Shown: piece after piece, positions 27,301 through 40,170 of the stretch | Layout: each line of letters starts with the position of its first letter | How positions within the stretch are numbered: position 1 is the first letter of the stretch | Source: Eledone cirrhosa | Taxonomy: Eukaryota | Assembly: GCA_964016885.1 (NCBI GenBank) | Contig: OZ024745.1 | Span: 64,852,001-64,916,000, forward strand | DNA length: 64,000 nt | Direction of reading: 5' to 3' | Notes under the pieces: model-generated | Database searches by the model: none | Seen by the model: only the letters and a program-made list of their open reading frames with translations | Told to the model about the DNA's origin: nothing | Position numbers and translations under genes: made by a program

Positions 27301-30300
27301 TCCATTTTTTTTATTTGGGGGTCCATTTTTTATTTGGGTGATCCATTTTTTATTTGGGTGATCCATTTTTTAATTAGGTGATCCATCTTTATTTGGGTGA
27401 TCCATTTTTTACTTGGGGGATCCATTTTTTATTTGGGTGATCCATTTTTTATTTTGATGATTCATTTTTTATTTGGGTGATCCATTTTTTATTTGGGGGA
27501 TCCATTTTTTATTTGGATGAACCATTTTTTATTTGGGGGATCCATCTTTTATTTGGGTGATCCATTTTTTATTTGGGTGATCCATTTTTTATTTGGGGGA
27601 TCCATTTTTTATTTGGGTGATCCATTTTTTATTTGGGTGATCCATTTTATATTTGGGGGATCCATTTTTTATTTGGGGGATCCATTTTTTATTTGGGTGA
27701 TCCATTTTTATTTGGAGATCCATTTTGTATTTGGGTGATCCATTTTTTAATTGGGTGATCCATTTTTTATTTGGGGGATCCATTTTTTATTTGGGGGATC
27801 CATTTTTTATTTGGGTGAACCATTTTTTATTTGGGGGATCCATTTTTTATTTGGGTGATCCATTTTTTATTTGGGTGATCCATTTTTTATTTGGGGGATC
27901 CATTTTTTATTTGGGTGATCCATTTTTTATTTGGGTGATCCATTTTTTATTTGGGGGATCCATTTTTTATTTGGGGGATCCATTTTTTATTTGGGTGATC
28001 CATTTTTATTTGGAGATCCATTTTGTATTTGGGTGATCCATTTTTTAATTGGGTGATCCATTTTTTATTTGGGTGATCCATTTTTTATTTGGGGGATCCA
28101 TTTTTTATTTGGGTGATCCATTTTTTATTTGGGTGGTCCATTTTTTATTTGGGTGATCCATTTTTTATTTGGGGGATCCATTTTTTATTTGGGTGATCCA
28201 TTTTTTATTTGGGGATCCATTTTTTATTTGGGTGATCCATTTTTTATTTGGTTGATCCATTTTTTATTTGGGGGATACATTTTTTATTTGGGTGATCCAT
28301 TTTTTATTTGGGGGGACCATTTTTTATTTGGGGGATCCATTTTTATTTGGGTGATCCATTTTTTATTTGGGGGATCCATTTTTTATTTGGGTGATCCCTT
28401 TTTTATTTGGGGGATCCATTTTTTATTTGGGTGATCCATTTTTTATTTGGGGGATCCATTTTTTATTTGGGGGATTCATTTTTTATTTGGGTGATCCATT
28501 TTTTATTAGGGGGATCCATTTTTTATTTGGGTGATCCATTTTTATTTGGAGATCCATTTTTTATTTAGGTGATCCATTTTATAATTGGGTGATCCATTTT
28601 TTATTTGGGGGATCCATTTTCTATTTGGAGGATCCATTATTTATTTGGGTGATCCATTTTTTATTTGGGTGATCCATTTTTTATTTGGGTGATCCATTTT
28701 TTATTTGGGTTGATCCCTTTTTTATTTGGGGGATCCATTTTTTATTTGGGTGATCCATTTTTTATTTTGGGGATCCATTTTTTATTTGGGTGATCCATTT
28801 TTTATTTGGGTGATCCATTTTTTATTTGGGGGATCCATTTTTTATTTGGGTGATCCATTTTTTATTTGGGTGATCCATTTTTTATTTGAGGGACCCATTT
28901 TATATTTGGGTGATCCATTTTTTATTTGGGTGATCCATTTTTTATTTGGGGGATCCATTTTTTATTTGGGGGATCCATCTTTTATTTGGGGGATCCATTT
29001 TTTATTTGGGGGATCCATTTTTTATTTCGGGGATCCATTTTTTATTTGGGTGATTCATTTTTTATTTGGGGGATCCATTTTTTATTTGGGTGATCCATTT
29101 TTTTTATTTGGGGGTCCATTTTTTATTTGGGTGATCCATTTTTTATTTGGGTGATCCATTTTTTAATTGGGTGATCCATTTTTATTTGGGTGATCCATTT
29201 TTTACTTGGGGGATCCATTTTTTATTTGGGTGATCCATTTTTTATTTTGCTGATTCATTTTTTATTTGGGTGATCCATTTTTTATTTGGAGGATCCATTT
29301 TTTATTTGGGTGAACCATTTTTTATTTGGGGGATCCATTTTTTATTTGGGTGATCCATTTTTTATTTGGGTGATCCATTTTTTATTTGGGGGATCCATGT
29401 TTTATTTGGGTGATCCATTTTTTATTTGGGTGATCCATTTTTTATTTGGGGGATCCATTTTTTATTTGGGGGGTCCATTTTTTATTTGGGTGATCCATTT
29501 TTATTTGGAGATCCATTTTGTATTTGGGTGATCCATTTTGTATTTGGGGGATCCATTTTTTAATTGGGTGATCCATTTTTTATTTGGGGGATCCATTTTT
29601 TATTTGGGGGATCCATTTTTTATTTGGGGGATCCATTGTTTATTTGGGTGATCCATTTTTTATTTGGGTGATCCATTTTTTATTTGGGGGATCCATTTTT
29701 TATTTGGGTGATCCATTTTTTATTTGGGTGATCCATTTTTTATTTGGGTGATCCATTTTTTATTTGTCGGATCCATTTTTTATTTGGGTGATCCATTTTT
29801 TATTTGGGGGATCCTTTTTTTATTTGGGTGATCGATTTTTTATTTGGGTGATCCATTTTTTATTTGGGGGATCCATTTTTTATTTGGGTGATCCATTTTT
29901 TATTTGGGTGATACATTTTTTATTTGGGGGATCCATTTTTTATTTGGGTGATCCATTTTTTATTTGGGGGATCCATTTTTTATTTGGGGGATCCATTTTT
30001 TATTTGGGTGATCCATTTTTTATTTGGGTGATCCATTTTTTATTTGGGGGGATCCATTTTTTATTTGGGTGATCCATTTTTTATTTGGGGGATCCATTTT
30101 TTATTTGGGTGATCCATTTTTTATTTGGGGGATCCATTTTTTATTTGGGTGATCCATTTTTTATTTGGGTGATCCATTTTTTAATTGGGTGATCCATTTT
30201 TTATTTGGGGGATCCATTTTTTATTTGGGTGATCCATTTTTTAGTTGGGTGGTCCATTTTTTATTTGGGTGATCCATTTTTTATTTGGGGGATCCATTTT

Positions 30301-30745
30301 TTATTTGGGTGATCCATTTTTTATTTGGGGATCCATTTTTTATTTGGGTGATCCATTTTTTATTTGGGTGATCCATTTTTTATTTGGGGGATTCATTTTT
30401 TATTTGGGTGATTCATTTTTTATTTGGGGGGTCCATTTTTTATTTGGGGGATCCATTTTTATTTGGGTGATCCATTTTTTATTTGGGGGATCCATTTTTT
30501 ATTTGGGTGATCCATTTTTTATTTGGGTTGATCCCTTTTTTATTTGGGTGATCCATTTTTTATTTGAGGGATCCATTTTATATTTGGGTGATCCATTTTT
30601 TATTTGGGTGATCCATTTTTTATTTGGGGGATCCATTTTTTATTTGGGGGATCCATTTTTTATTTGGGGGATCCATTTTTTATTTGGGGGATCCATTTTT
30701 TATTTCGGGGATCCATTTTTTATTTGGGTGATTCATTTTTTATTT
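24305..30745 (+). repeat. Tandem higher-order repeat, unit 3470 bp (one full and one partial copy)
   Basis: ORFs 24659/28129, 25256/28726, 25816/29286, 26294/29764 and 26775/30245 are all offset by 3470, with a few SNPs between copies. Confidence 0.88.
25420..28310 (+). repeat. Long-range direct copy (at least 2.9 kb) of 1-~2890
   Basis: ORF pairs offset 25419, from 397/25816 to 2710/28129. Shared GGAGGATCC, CCATGTT, GGTCATCC, GATCGA and GGTGACC variants. Confidence 0.88.
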
Positions 30746-33195
30746 GGGTGATCCATTTTTTATTTGGGTGATCCATTTTTTATTTGGGGGATCCATTTTT
30801 TATTTGGGTGATCCATTTTTTATTTGGGTGATCCATTTTTTATTTGGGGGATCCATTTTTTATTTGGGGGATCCATTTTTTATTTGGGTGATCCATTTTT
30901 ATTTGGAGATCCATTTTGTATTTGGGTGATCCATTTTTTAATTGGGTGATCCATTTTTTATTTGGGTGATCCATTTTTTATTTGGGGGATCCATTTTTTA
31001 TTTGGGTGATCCATTTTTTATTTGGGTGGTCCATTTTTTATTTGGGTGATCCATTTTTTATTTGGGGGATCCATTTTTTATTTGGGTGATCCATTTTTTA
31101 TTTGGGGATCCATTTTTTATTTGGGTGATCCATTTTTTATTTGGGTGATCCATTTTTTATTTGGGGGATACATTTTTTATTTGGGTGATCCATTTTTTAT
31201 TTGGGGGGTCCATTTTTTATTTGGGGGATCCATTTTTTATTTGGGTGATCAATTTTTTAATTGGGTGATCTATTTTTTATTTGGGGGATCCATTTTTTAT
31301 TTGGGTGATCCATTTTTTAGTTGGGTGGTCCATTTTTTATTTGGGTGATCCATTTTTTATTTGGGGGATCCATTTTTTATTTGGGTGATCCATTTTTTAT
31401 TTGGGGATCCATTTTTTATTTGGGTGATCCATTTTTTATTTGGGTGATCCATTTTTTATTTGGGGGATCCATTTTTTATTTGGGTGATCCATTTTTTATT
31501 TGGGGGATCCTTTTTTTATTTGGGTGATCGATTTTTTATTTGGGTGATCCATTTTTTATTTGGGGGATCCATTTTTTATTTGGGTGATCCATTTTTTATT
31601 TGGGTGATACATTTTTTATTTGGGGGATCCATTTTTTATTTGGGTGATCCATTTTTTATTTGGGGGATCCATTTTTTATTTGGGGGATCCATTTTTTATT
31701 TGGGTGATCCATTTTTTATTTGGGTGATCCATTTTTTATTTGGGGGGATCCATTTTTTATTTGGGTGATCCATTTTTTATTTGGGGGATCCATTTTTTAT
31801 TTGGGTGATCCATTTTTTATTTGGGGGATCCATTTTTTATTTGGGTGATCCATTTTTTATTTGGGTGATCCATTTTTTAATTGGGTGATCCATTTTTTAT
31901 TTGGGGGATCCATTTTTTATTTGGGTGATCCATTTTTTAGTTGGGTGGTCCATTTTTTATTTGGGTGATCCATTTTTTATTTGGGGGATCCATTTTTTAT
32001 TTGGGTGATCCATTTTTTATTTGGGGATCCATTTTTTATTTGGGTGATCCATTTTTTATTTGGGTGATCCATTTTTTATTTGGGGGATTCATTTTTTATT
32101 TGGGTGATTCATTTTTTATTTGGGGGGTCCATTTTTTATTTGGGGGATCCATTTTTATTTGGGTGATCCATTTTTTATTTGGGGGATCCATTTTTTATTT
32201 GGGTGATCCATTTTTTATTTGGGTTGATCCCTTTTTTATTTGGGTGATCCATTTTTTATTTGAGGGATCCATTTTATATTTGGGTGATCCATTTTTTATT
32301 TGGGTGATCCATTTTTTATTTGGGGGATCCATTTTTTATTTGGGGGATCCATTTTTTATTTGGGGGATCCATTTTTTATTTGGGGGATCCATTTTTTATT
32401 TCGGGGATCCATTTTTTATTTGGGTGATTCATTTTTTATTTGGGTGATCCATTTTTTATTTGGGTGATCCATTTTTTATTTGGGGGATCCATTTTTTATT
32501 TGGGTGATCCATTTTTTATTTGGGTGATCCATTTTTTATTTGGGGGATCCATTTTTTATTTGGGGGATCCATTTTTTATTTGGGTGATCCATTTTTATTT
32601 GGAGATCCATTTTGTATTTGGGTGATCCATTTTTTAATTGGGTGATCCATTTTTTATTTGGGTGATCCATTTTTTATTTGGGGGATCCATTTTTTATTTG
32701 GGTGATCCATTTTTTATTTGGGTGGTCCATTTTTTATTTGGGTGATCCATTTTTTATTTGGGGGATCCATTTTTTATTTGGGTGATCCATTTTTTATTTG
32801 GGGATCCATTTTTTATTTGGGTGATCCATTTTTTATTTGGGTGATCCATTTTTTATTTGGGGGATACATTTTTTATTTGGGTGATCCATTTTTTATTTGG
32901 GGGGTCCATTTTTTATTTGGGGGATCCATTTTTTATTTGGGTGATCAATTTTTTAATTGGGTGATCTATTTTTTATTTGGGGGATCCATTTTTTATTTGG
33001 GTGATCCATTTTTTAGTTGGGTGGTCCATTTTTTATTTGGGTGATCCATTTTTTATTTGGGGGATCCATTTTTTATTTGGGTGATCCATTTTTTATTTGG
33101 GGATCCATTTTTTATTTGGGTGATCCATTTTTTATTTGGGTGATCCATTTTTTATTTGGGGGATCCATTTTTTATTTGGGTGATCCATTTTTTAT
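29770..33195 (+). repeat. Tandem duplication, unit 1696 bp
   Basis: ORFs 29764/31460, 30245/31941, 30744/32440, 31022/32718 and 31321/33017. Confidence 0.87.
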
Positions 33196-35835
33196 TTGGG
33201 GATCCATTTTTTATTTGGGTGATCCATTTTTTATTTGGGTGATCCATTTTTTATTTGGGGGATCCATTTTTTATTTGGGTGATCCATTTTTTATTTGGGG
33301 GATCCATTTTTTATTTGGGGGATCCATTTTTTATTTGGGTGATCAATTTTTTAATTGGGTGATCCATTTTTTATTTGGGGGATCCATTTTTTATTTGGGT
33401 GATCCATTTTTTAGTTGGGTGGTCCATTTTTTATTTGGGTGATCCATTTTTATTTGGGTGATCCATTTTTTATTTGGGGGATCCATTTTTTACTAGGGGG
33501 ATCCATTTTTTATTTGGGTTGATCCCTTTTTTATTTGGGGGATCCATTTTTTATTTGGGTGATCCATTTTTTATTTGGGGGATCCATTTTTTATTTGGGG
33601 GATCCATTTTTTATTTGGTTGATCCATTTTTTATTAGGGGGATCCATTTTTTATTTGGGTGATCCATTTTAATTTGGAGATCCATTTTTTGTTTAGGTGA
33701 TCCATTTTATAATTGGGTGATCCATTTTTTATTTGGGGGATCCATTTTTTATTTGGGTGATCCATTTTTTATTTGGGTGATCCATTTTTTATTTGTGGGA
33801 TCCATTTTTTATTTGGGTGATCCATTTTTTATTTGGGGGATCCTTTTTTTATTTGGGTGATCCATTTTTTATTTGGGTGATCCATTTTTTATTTGGGGGA
33901 TCCATTTTTTATTTGGGTGATCCATTTTTTATTTGGGGATCCATTTTTTATTTGGGTGATCCATTTTTTATTTGGGTGATCCATTTTTTATTTGGGGGAT
34001 TCATTTTTTATTTGGGTGATTCATTTTTTATTTGGGGGGTCCATTTTTTATTTGGGGGATCCATTTTTATTTGGGTGATCCATTTTTTATTTGGGGGATC
34101 CATTTTTTATTTGGGTGATCCATTTTTTATTTGGGTTGATCCCTTTTTTATTTGGGTGATCCATTTTTTATTTGAGGGATCCATTTTATATTTGGGTGAT
34201 CCATTTTTTATTTGGGTGATCCATTTTTTATTTGGGGGATCCATTTTTTATTTGGGGGATCCATTTTTTATTTGGGGGATCCATTTTTTATTTGGGGGAT
34301 CCATTTTTTATTTCGGGGATCCATTTTTTATTTGGGTGATTCATTTTTTATTTGGGTGATCCATTTTTTATTTGGGTGATCCATTTTTTATTTGGGGGAT
34401 CCATTTTTTATTTGGGTGATCCATTTTTTATTTGGGTGATCCATTTTTTATTTGGGGGATCCATTTTTTATTTGGGGGATCCATTTTTTATTTGGGTGAT
34501 CCATTTTTATTTGGAGATCCATTTTGTATTTGGGTGATCCATTTTTTAATTGGGTGATCCATTTTTTATTTGGGTGATCCATTTTTTATTTGGGGGATCC
34601 ATTTTTTATTTGGGTGATCCATTTTTTATTTGGGTGGTCCATTTTTTATTTGGGTGATCCATTTTTTATTTGGGGGATCCATTTTTTATTTGGGTGATCC
34701 ATTTTTTATTTGGGGATCCATTTTTTATTTGGGTGATCCATTTTTTATTTGGGTGATCCATTTTTTATTTGGGGGATACATTTTTTATTTGGGTGATCCA
34801 TTTTTTATTTGGGGGGTCCATTTTTTATTTGGGGGATCCATTTTTTATTTGGGTGATCAATTTTTTAATTGGGTGATCTATTTTTTATTTGGGGGATCCA
34901 TTTTTTATTTGGGTGATCCATTTTTTAGTTGGGTGGTCCATTTTTTATTTGGGTGATCCATTTTTTATTTGGGGGATCCATTTTTTATTTGGGTGATCCA
35001 TTTTTTATTTGGGGATCCATTTTTTATTTGGGTGATCCATTTTTTATTTGGGTGATCCATTTTTTATTTGGGGGATCCATTTTTTATTTGGGTGATCCAT
35101 TTTTTATTTGGGGATCCATTTTTTATTTGGGTGATCCATTTTTTATTTGGGTGATCCATTTTTTATTTGGGGGATCCATTTTTTATTTGGGTGATCCATT
35201 TTTTATTTGGGGGATCCATTTTTTATTTGGGGGATCCATTTTTTATTTGGGTGATCAATTTTTTAATTGGGTGATCCATTTTTTATTTGGGGGATCCATT
35301 TTTTATTTGGGTGATCCATTTTTTAGTTGGGTGGTCCATTTTTTATTTGGGTGATCCATTTTTATTTGGGTGATCCATTTTTTATTTGGGGGATCCATTT
35401 TTTACTAGGGGGATCCATTTTTTATTTGGGTTGATCCCTTTTTTATTTGGGGGATCCATTTTTTATTTGGGTGATCCATTTTTTATTTGGGGGATCCATT
35501 TTTTATTTGGGGGATCCATTTTTTATTTGGTTGATCCATTTTTTATTAGGGGGATCCATTTTTTATTTGGGTGATCCATTTTAATTTGGAGATCCATTTT
35601 TTGTTTAGGTGATCCATTTTATAATTGGGTGATCCATTTTTTATTTGGGGGATCCATTTTTTATTTGGGTGATCCATTTTTTATTTGGGTGATCCATTTT
35701 TTATTTGTGGGATCCATTTTTTATTTGGGTGATCCATTTTTTATTTGGGGGATCCTTTTTTTATTTGGGTGATCCATTTTTTATTTGGGTGATCCATTTT
35801 TTATTTGGGGGATCCATTTTTTATTTGGGTGATCC
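31965..35835 (+). repeat. Tandem duplication, unit 1912 bp (overlaps the 1696-bp duplication)
   Basis: ORFs 32440/34352, 32718/34630, 33017/34929, 33474/35386 and 33793/35705. Confidence 0.87.
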
Positions 35836-38800
35836 ATTTTTTATTTGGGTGATCCATTTTTTATTTGGGGGATCCATTTTTTATTTGGGTGATCCATTTT
35901 TTATTTGGGGGATCCATTTTTTATTTGGGGGATCCATTTTTTATTTGGGTGATCCATTTTTTATATGGGTGATCCATTTTTTATTTGGGGGGATCCATTT
36001 TTAATTTGGGTGATCCATTTTTTATTTGGGGGATCCATTTTTTATTTGGGTGATCCATATTTTATTTGGGGGATCCATTTTTTATTTGGGTGATCCATTT
36101 TTTATTTGGGTGATCCATTTTTTAATTGGGTGATCCATTTTTTATTTGGGGTATCCATTTTTTATTTGGGTGATCCATTTTTTAGTTGGGTGGTCCATTT
36201 TTTATTTGGGTGATCCATTTTTTATTTTGGGGATCCATTTTTTATTTGGGTGATCCATTTTTTATTTGGGGATCCATTTTTTATTTGGGTGATCCATTTT
36301 TTATTTGGGTGATCCATTTTTTATTTGGGGGATCCATTTTTTATTTGGGTGATTCATTTTTTATTTGGGGGGTCCATTTTTTATTTGGGGGATCCATTTT
36401 TATTTGGGTGATCCATTTTTTATTTGGGGGATCCATTTTTTATTTGGGTGATCCATTTTTTATTTGGGTTGATCCCTTTTTTATTTGGGGGATCCATTTT
36501 TTATTTGGGTGATCCATTTTTTATTTGGGGGATCCATTTTTTATTTGGGTGATCCATTTTTTATTTGAGGGATCCATTTTATATTTGGGTGATCCATTTT
36601 TTATTTGGGGGATCCATTATTTATTTGGGTGATCCATTTTTTATTTGGGTGATCCATTTTTTATTTGGGTGATCCATTTTTTATTTGGGTGATCCATTTT
36701 TTATTTGGGTGATACATTTTTTATTTGGGGGATCCATTTTTTATTTGGGTGATCCATTTTTTATTTGGGTGATCCATTTTTTATTTGAGGGATCCATTTT
36801 ATATTTGGGTGATCCATTTTTTATTTGGGTGATCCATTTTTTATTTGGGGGATCCATTTTTTATTTGGGGGATCCATTTTTTATTTGGGGGATCCATTTT
36901 TTATTTGGGGGATCCATTTTTTATTTCGGGGATCCATTTTTTATTTGGGTGATTCATTTTTTATTTGGGGGATCCATTTTTTATTTGGGTGATCCATTTT
37001 TTTAATTTGGGGGTCCATTTTTTATTTGGGTGATCCATTTTTTATTTGGGTGATCCATTTTTTAATTGGGTGATCCATTTTTATTTGGGTGATCCATTTT
37101 TTACTTGGGGGATCCATTTTTTATTTGGGTGATCCATTTTTTATTTTGCTGATTCATTTTTTATTTGGGTGATCCATTTTTTATTTGGGGGATCCATTTT
37201 TTATTTGGGTGAACCATTTTTTATTTGGGGGATCCATTTTTTATTTGGGTGATCCATTTTTTATTTGGGTGATCCATTTTTTATTTGGGGGATCCATTTT
37301 TTATTTGGGTGATCCATTTTTTATTTGGGTGATCCATTTTTTATTTGGGGGATCCATTTTTTATTTGGGGGATCCATTTTTTATTTGGGTGATCCATTTT
37401 TATTTGGAGATCCATTTTGTATTTGGGTGATCCATTTTTTAATTGGGTGATCCATTTTTTATTTGGGTGATCCATTTTTTATTTGGGGGATCCATTTTTT
37501 ATTTGGGTGATCCATTTTTTATTTGGGTGGTCCATTTTTTATTTGGGTGATCCATTTTTTATTTGGGGGATCCATTTTTTATTTGGGTGATCCATTTTTT
37601 ATTTGGGGATCCATTTTTTATTTGGGTGATCCATTTTTTATTTGGTTGATCCATTTTTTATTTGGGGGATACATTTTTTATTTGGGTGATCCATTTTTTA
37701 TTTGGGGGGACCATTTTTTATTTGGGGGATCCATTTTTATTTGGGTGATCCATTTTTTATTTGGGGGATCCATTTTTTATTTGGGTGATCCCTTTTTTAT
37801 TTGGGGGATCCATTTTTTATTTGGGTGATCCATTTTTTATTTGGGGGATCCATTTTTTATTTGGGGGATTCATTTTTTATTTGGGTGATCCATTTTTTAT
37901 TAGGGGGATCCATTTTTTATTTGGGTGATCCATTTTTATTTGGAGATCCATTTTTTATTTAGGTGATCCATTTTATAATTGGGTGATCCATTTTTTATTT
38001 GGGGGATCCATTTTCTATTTGGAGGATCCATTATTTATTTGGGTGATCCATTTTTTATTTGGGTGATCCATTTTTTATTTGGGTGATCCATTTTTTATTT
38101 GGGTTGATCCCTTTTTTATTTGGGGGATCCATTTTTTATTTGGGTGATCCATTTTTTATTTTGGGGATCCATTTTTTATTTGGGTGATCCATTTTTTATT
38201 TGGGTGATCCATTTTTTATTTGGGGGATCCATTTTTTATTTGGGTGATCCATTTTTTATTTGGGTGATCCATTTTTTATTTGAGGGACCCATTTTATATT
38301 TGGGTGATCCATTTTTTATTTGGGTGATCCATTTTTTATTTGGGGGATCCATTTTTTATTTGGGGGATCCATCTTTTATTTGGGGGATCCATTTTTTATT
38401 TGGGGGATCCATTTTTTATTTCGGGGATTCATTTTTTATTTGGGTGATTCATTTTTTATTTGGGGGATCCATTTTTTATTTGGGTGATCCATTTTTTTTA
38501 TTTTGGGGTCCATTTTTTATTTGGGTGATCCATTTTTTATTTGGGTGATCCATTTTTTAATTGGGTGATCCATTTTTATTTGGGTGATCCATTTTTTACT
38601 TGGGGGATCCATTTTTTATTTGGGTGATCCATTTTTTATTTTGCTGATTCATTTTTTATTTGGGTGATCCATTTTTTATTTGGAGGATCCATTTTTTATT
38701 TGGGTGAACCATTTTTTATTTGGGGGATCCATTTTTTATTTGGGTGATCCATTTTTTATTTGGGTGATCCATTTTTTATTTGGGGGATCCATGTTTTATT

Positions 38801-40170
38801 TGGGTGATCCATTTTTTATTTGGGTCATCCATTTTTTATTTGGGGGATCCATTTTTTATTTGGGGGGTCCATTTTTTATTTGGGTGATCCATTTTTATTT
38901 GGAGATCCATTTTGTATTTGGGTGATCCATTTTGTATTTGGGGGATCCATTTTTTAATTGGGTGATCCATTTTTTATTTGGGGGATCCATTTTTTATTTG
39001 GGGGATCCATTTTTTATTTGGGGGATCCATTGTTTATTTGGGTGATCCATTTTTTATTTGGGTGATCCATTTTTTATTTGGGGGATCCATTTTTTATTTG
39101 GGTGATCCATTTTTTATTTGGGTGATCCATTTTTTATTTGGGTGATCCATTTTTTATTTGTGGGATCCATTTTTTATTTGGGTGATCCATTTTTTATTTG
39201 GGGGATCCTTTTTTTATTTGGGTGATCGATTTTTTATTTGGGTGATCCATTTTTTATTTGGGGGATCCATTTTTTATTTGGGTGATCCATTTTTTATTTG
39301 GGTGATACATTTTTTATTTGGGGGATCCATTTTTTATTTGGGTGATCCATTTTTTATTTGGGGGATCCATTTTTTATTTGGGGGATCCATTTTTTATTTG
39401 GGTGATCCATTTTTTATTTGGGTGATCCATTTTTTATTTGGGGGGATCCATTTTTTATTTGGGTGATCCATTTTTTATTTGGGGGATCCATTTTTTATTT
39501 GGGTGATCCATTTTTTATTTGGGGGATCCATTTTTTATTTGGGTGATCCATTTTTTATTTGGGTGATCCATTTTTTAATTGGGTGATCCATTTTTTATTT
39601 GGGGGATCCATTTTTTATTTGGGTGATCCATTTTTTAGTTGGGTGGTCCATTTTTTATTTGGGTGATCCATTTTTTATTTGGGGGATCCATTTTTTATTT
39701 GGGTGATCCATTTTTTATTTGGGGATCCATTTTTTATTTGGGTGATCCATTTTTTATTTGGGTGACCATTTTTTATTTGGGGGATTCATTTTTTATTTGG
39801 GTGATTCATTTTTTATTTGGGGGGTCCATTTTTTATTTGGGGGATCCATTTTTATTTGGGTGATCCATTTTTTATTTGGGGGATCCATTTTTTATTTGGG
39901 TGATCCATTTTTTATTTGGGTTGATCCCTTTTTTATTTGGGTGATCCATTTTTTATTTGAGGGATCCATTTTATATTTGGGTGATCCATTTTTTATTTGG
40001 GTGATCCATTTTTTATTTGGGGGATCCATTTTTTATTTGGGGGATCCATTTTTTATTTGGGGGATCCATTTTTTATTTGGGGGATCCATTTTTTATTTCG
40101 GGGATCCATTTTTTATTTGGGTGATTCATTTTTTATTTGGGGGATCCATTTTTTATTTGGGTGATCCATT
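35660..40170 (+). repeat. Long-range direct copy (~4.5 kb) of ~22800-27300
   Basis: ORF pairs offset 12864, from 22841/35705 to 26894/39758. Confidence 0.88.

Noticed and set aside
27589-27783. Sole minus-strand ORF (64 aa, Lys-rich)
   Set aside because: It exists only because a few variant monomers (including a private TTTTATAT at ~27645) remove TAA stops by chance.
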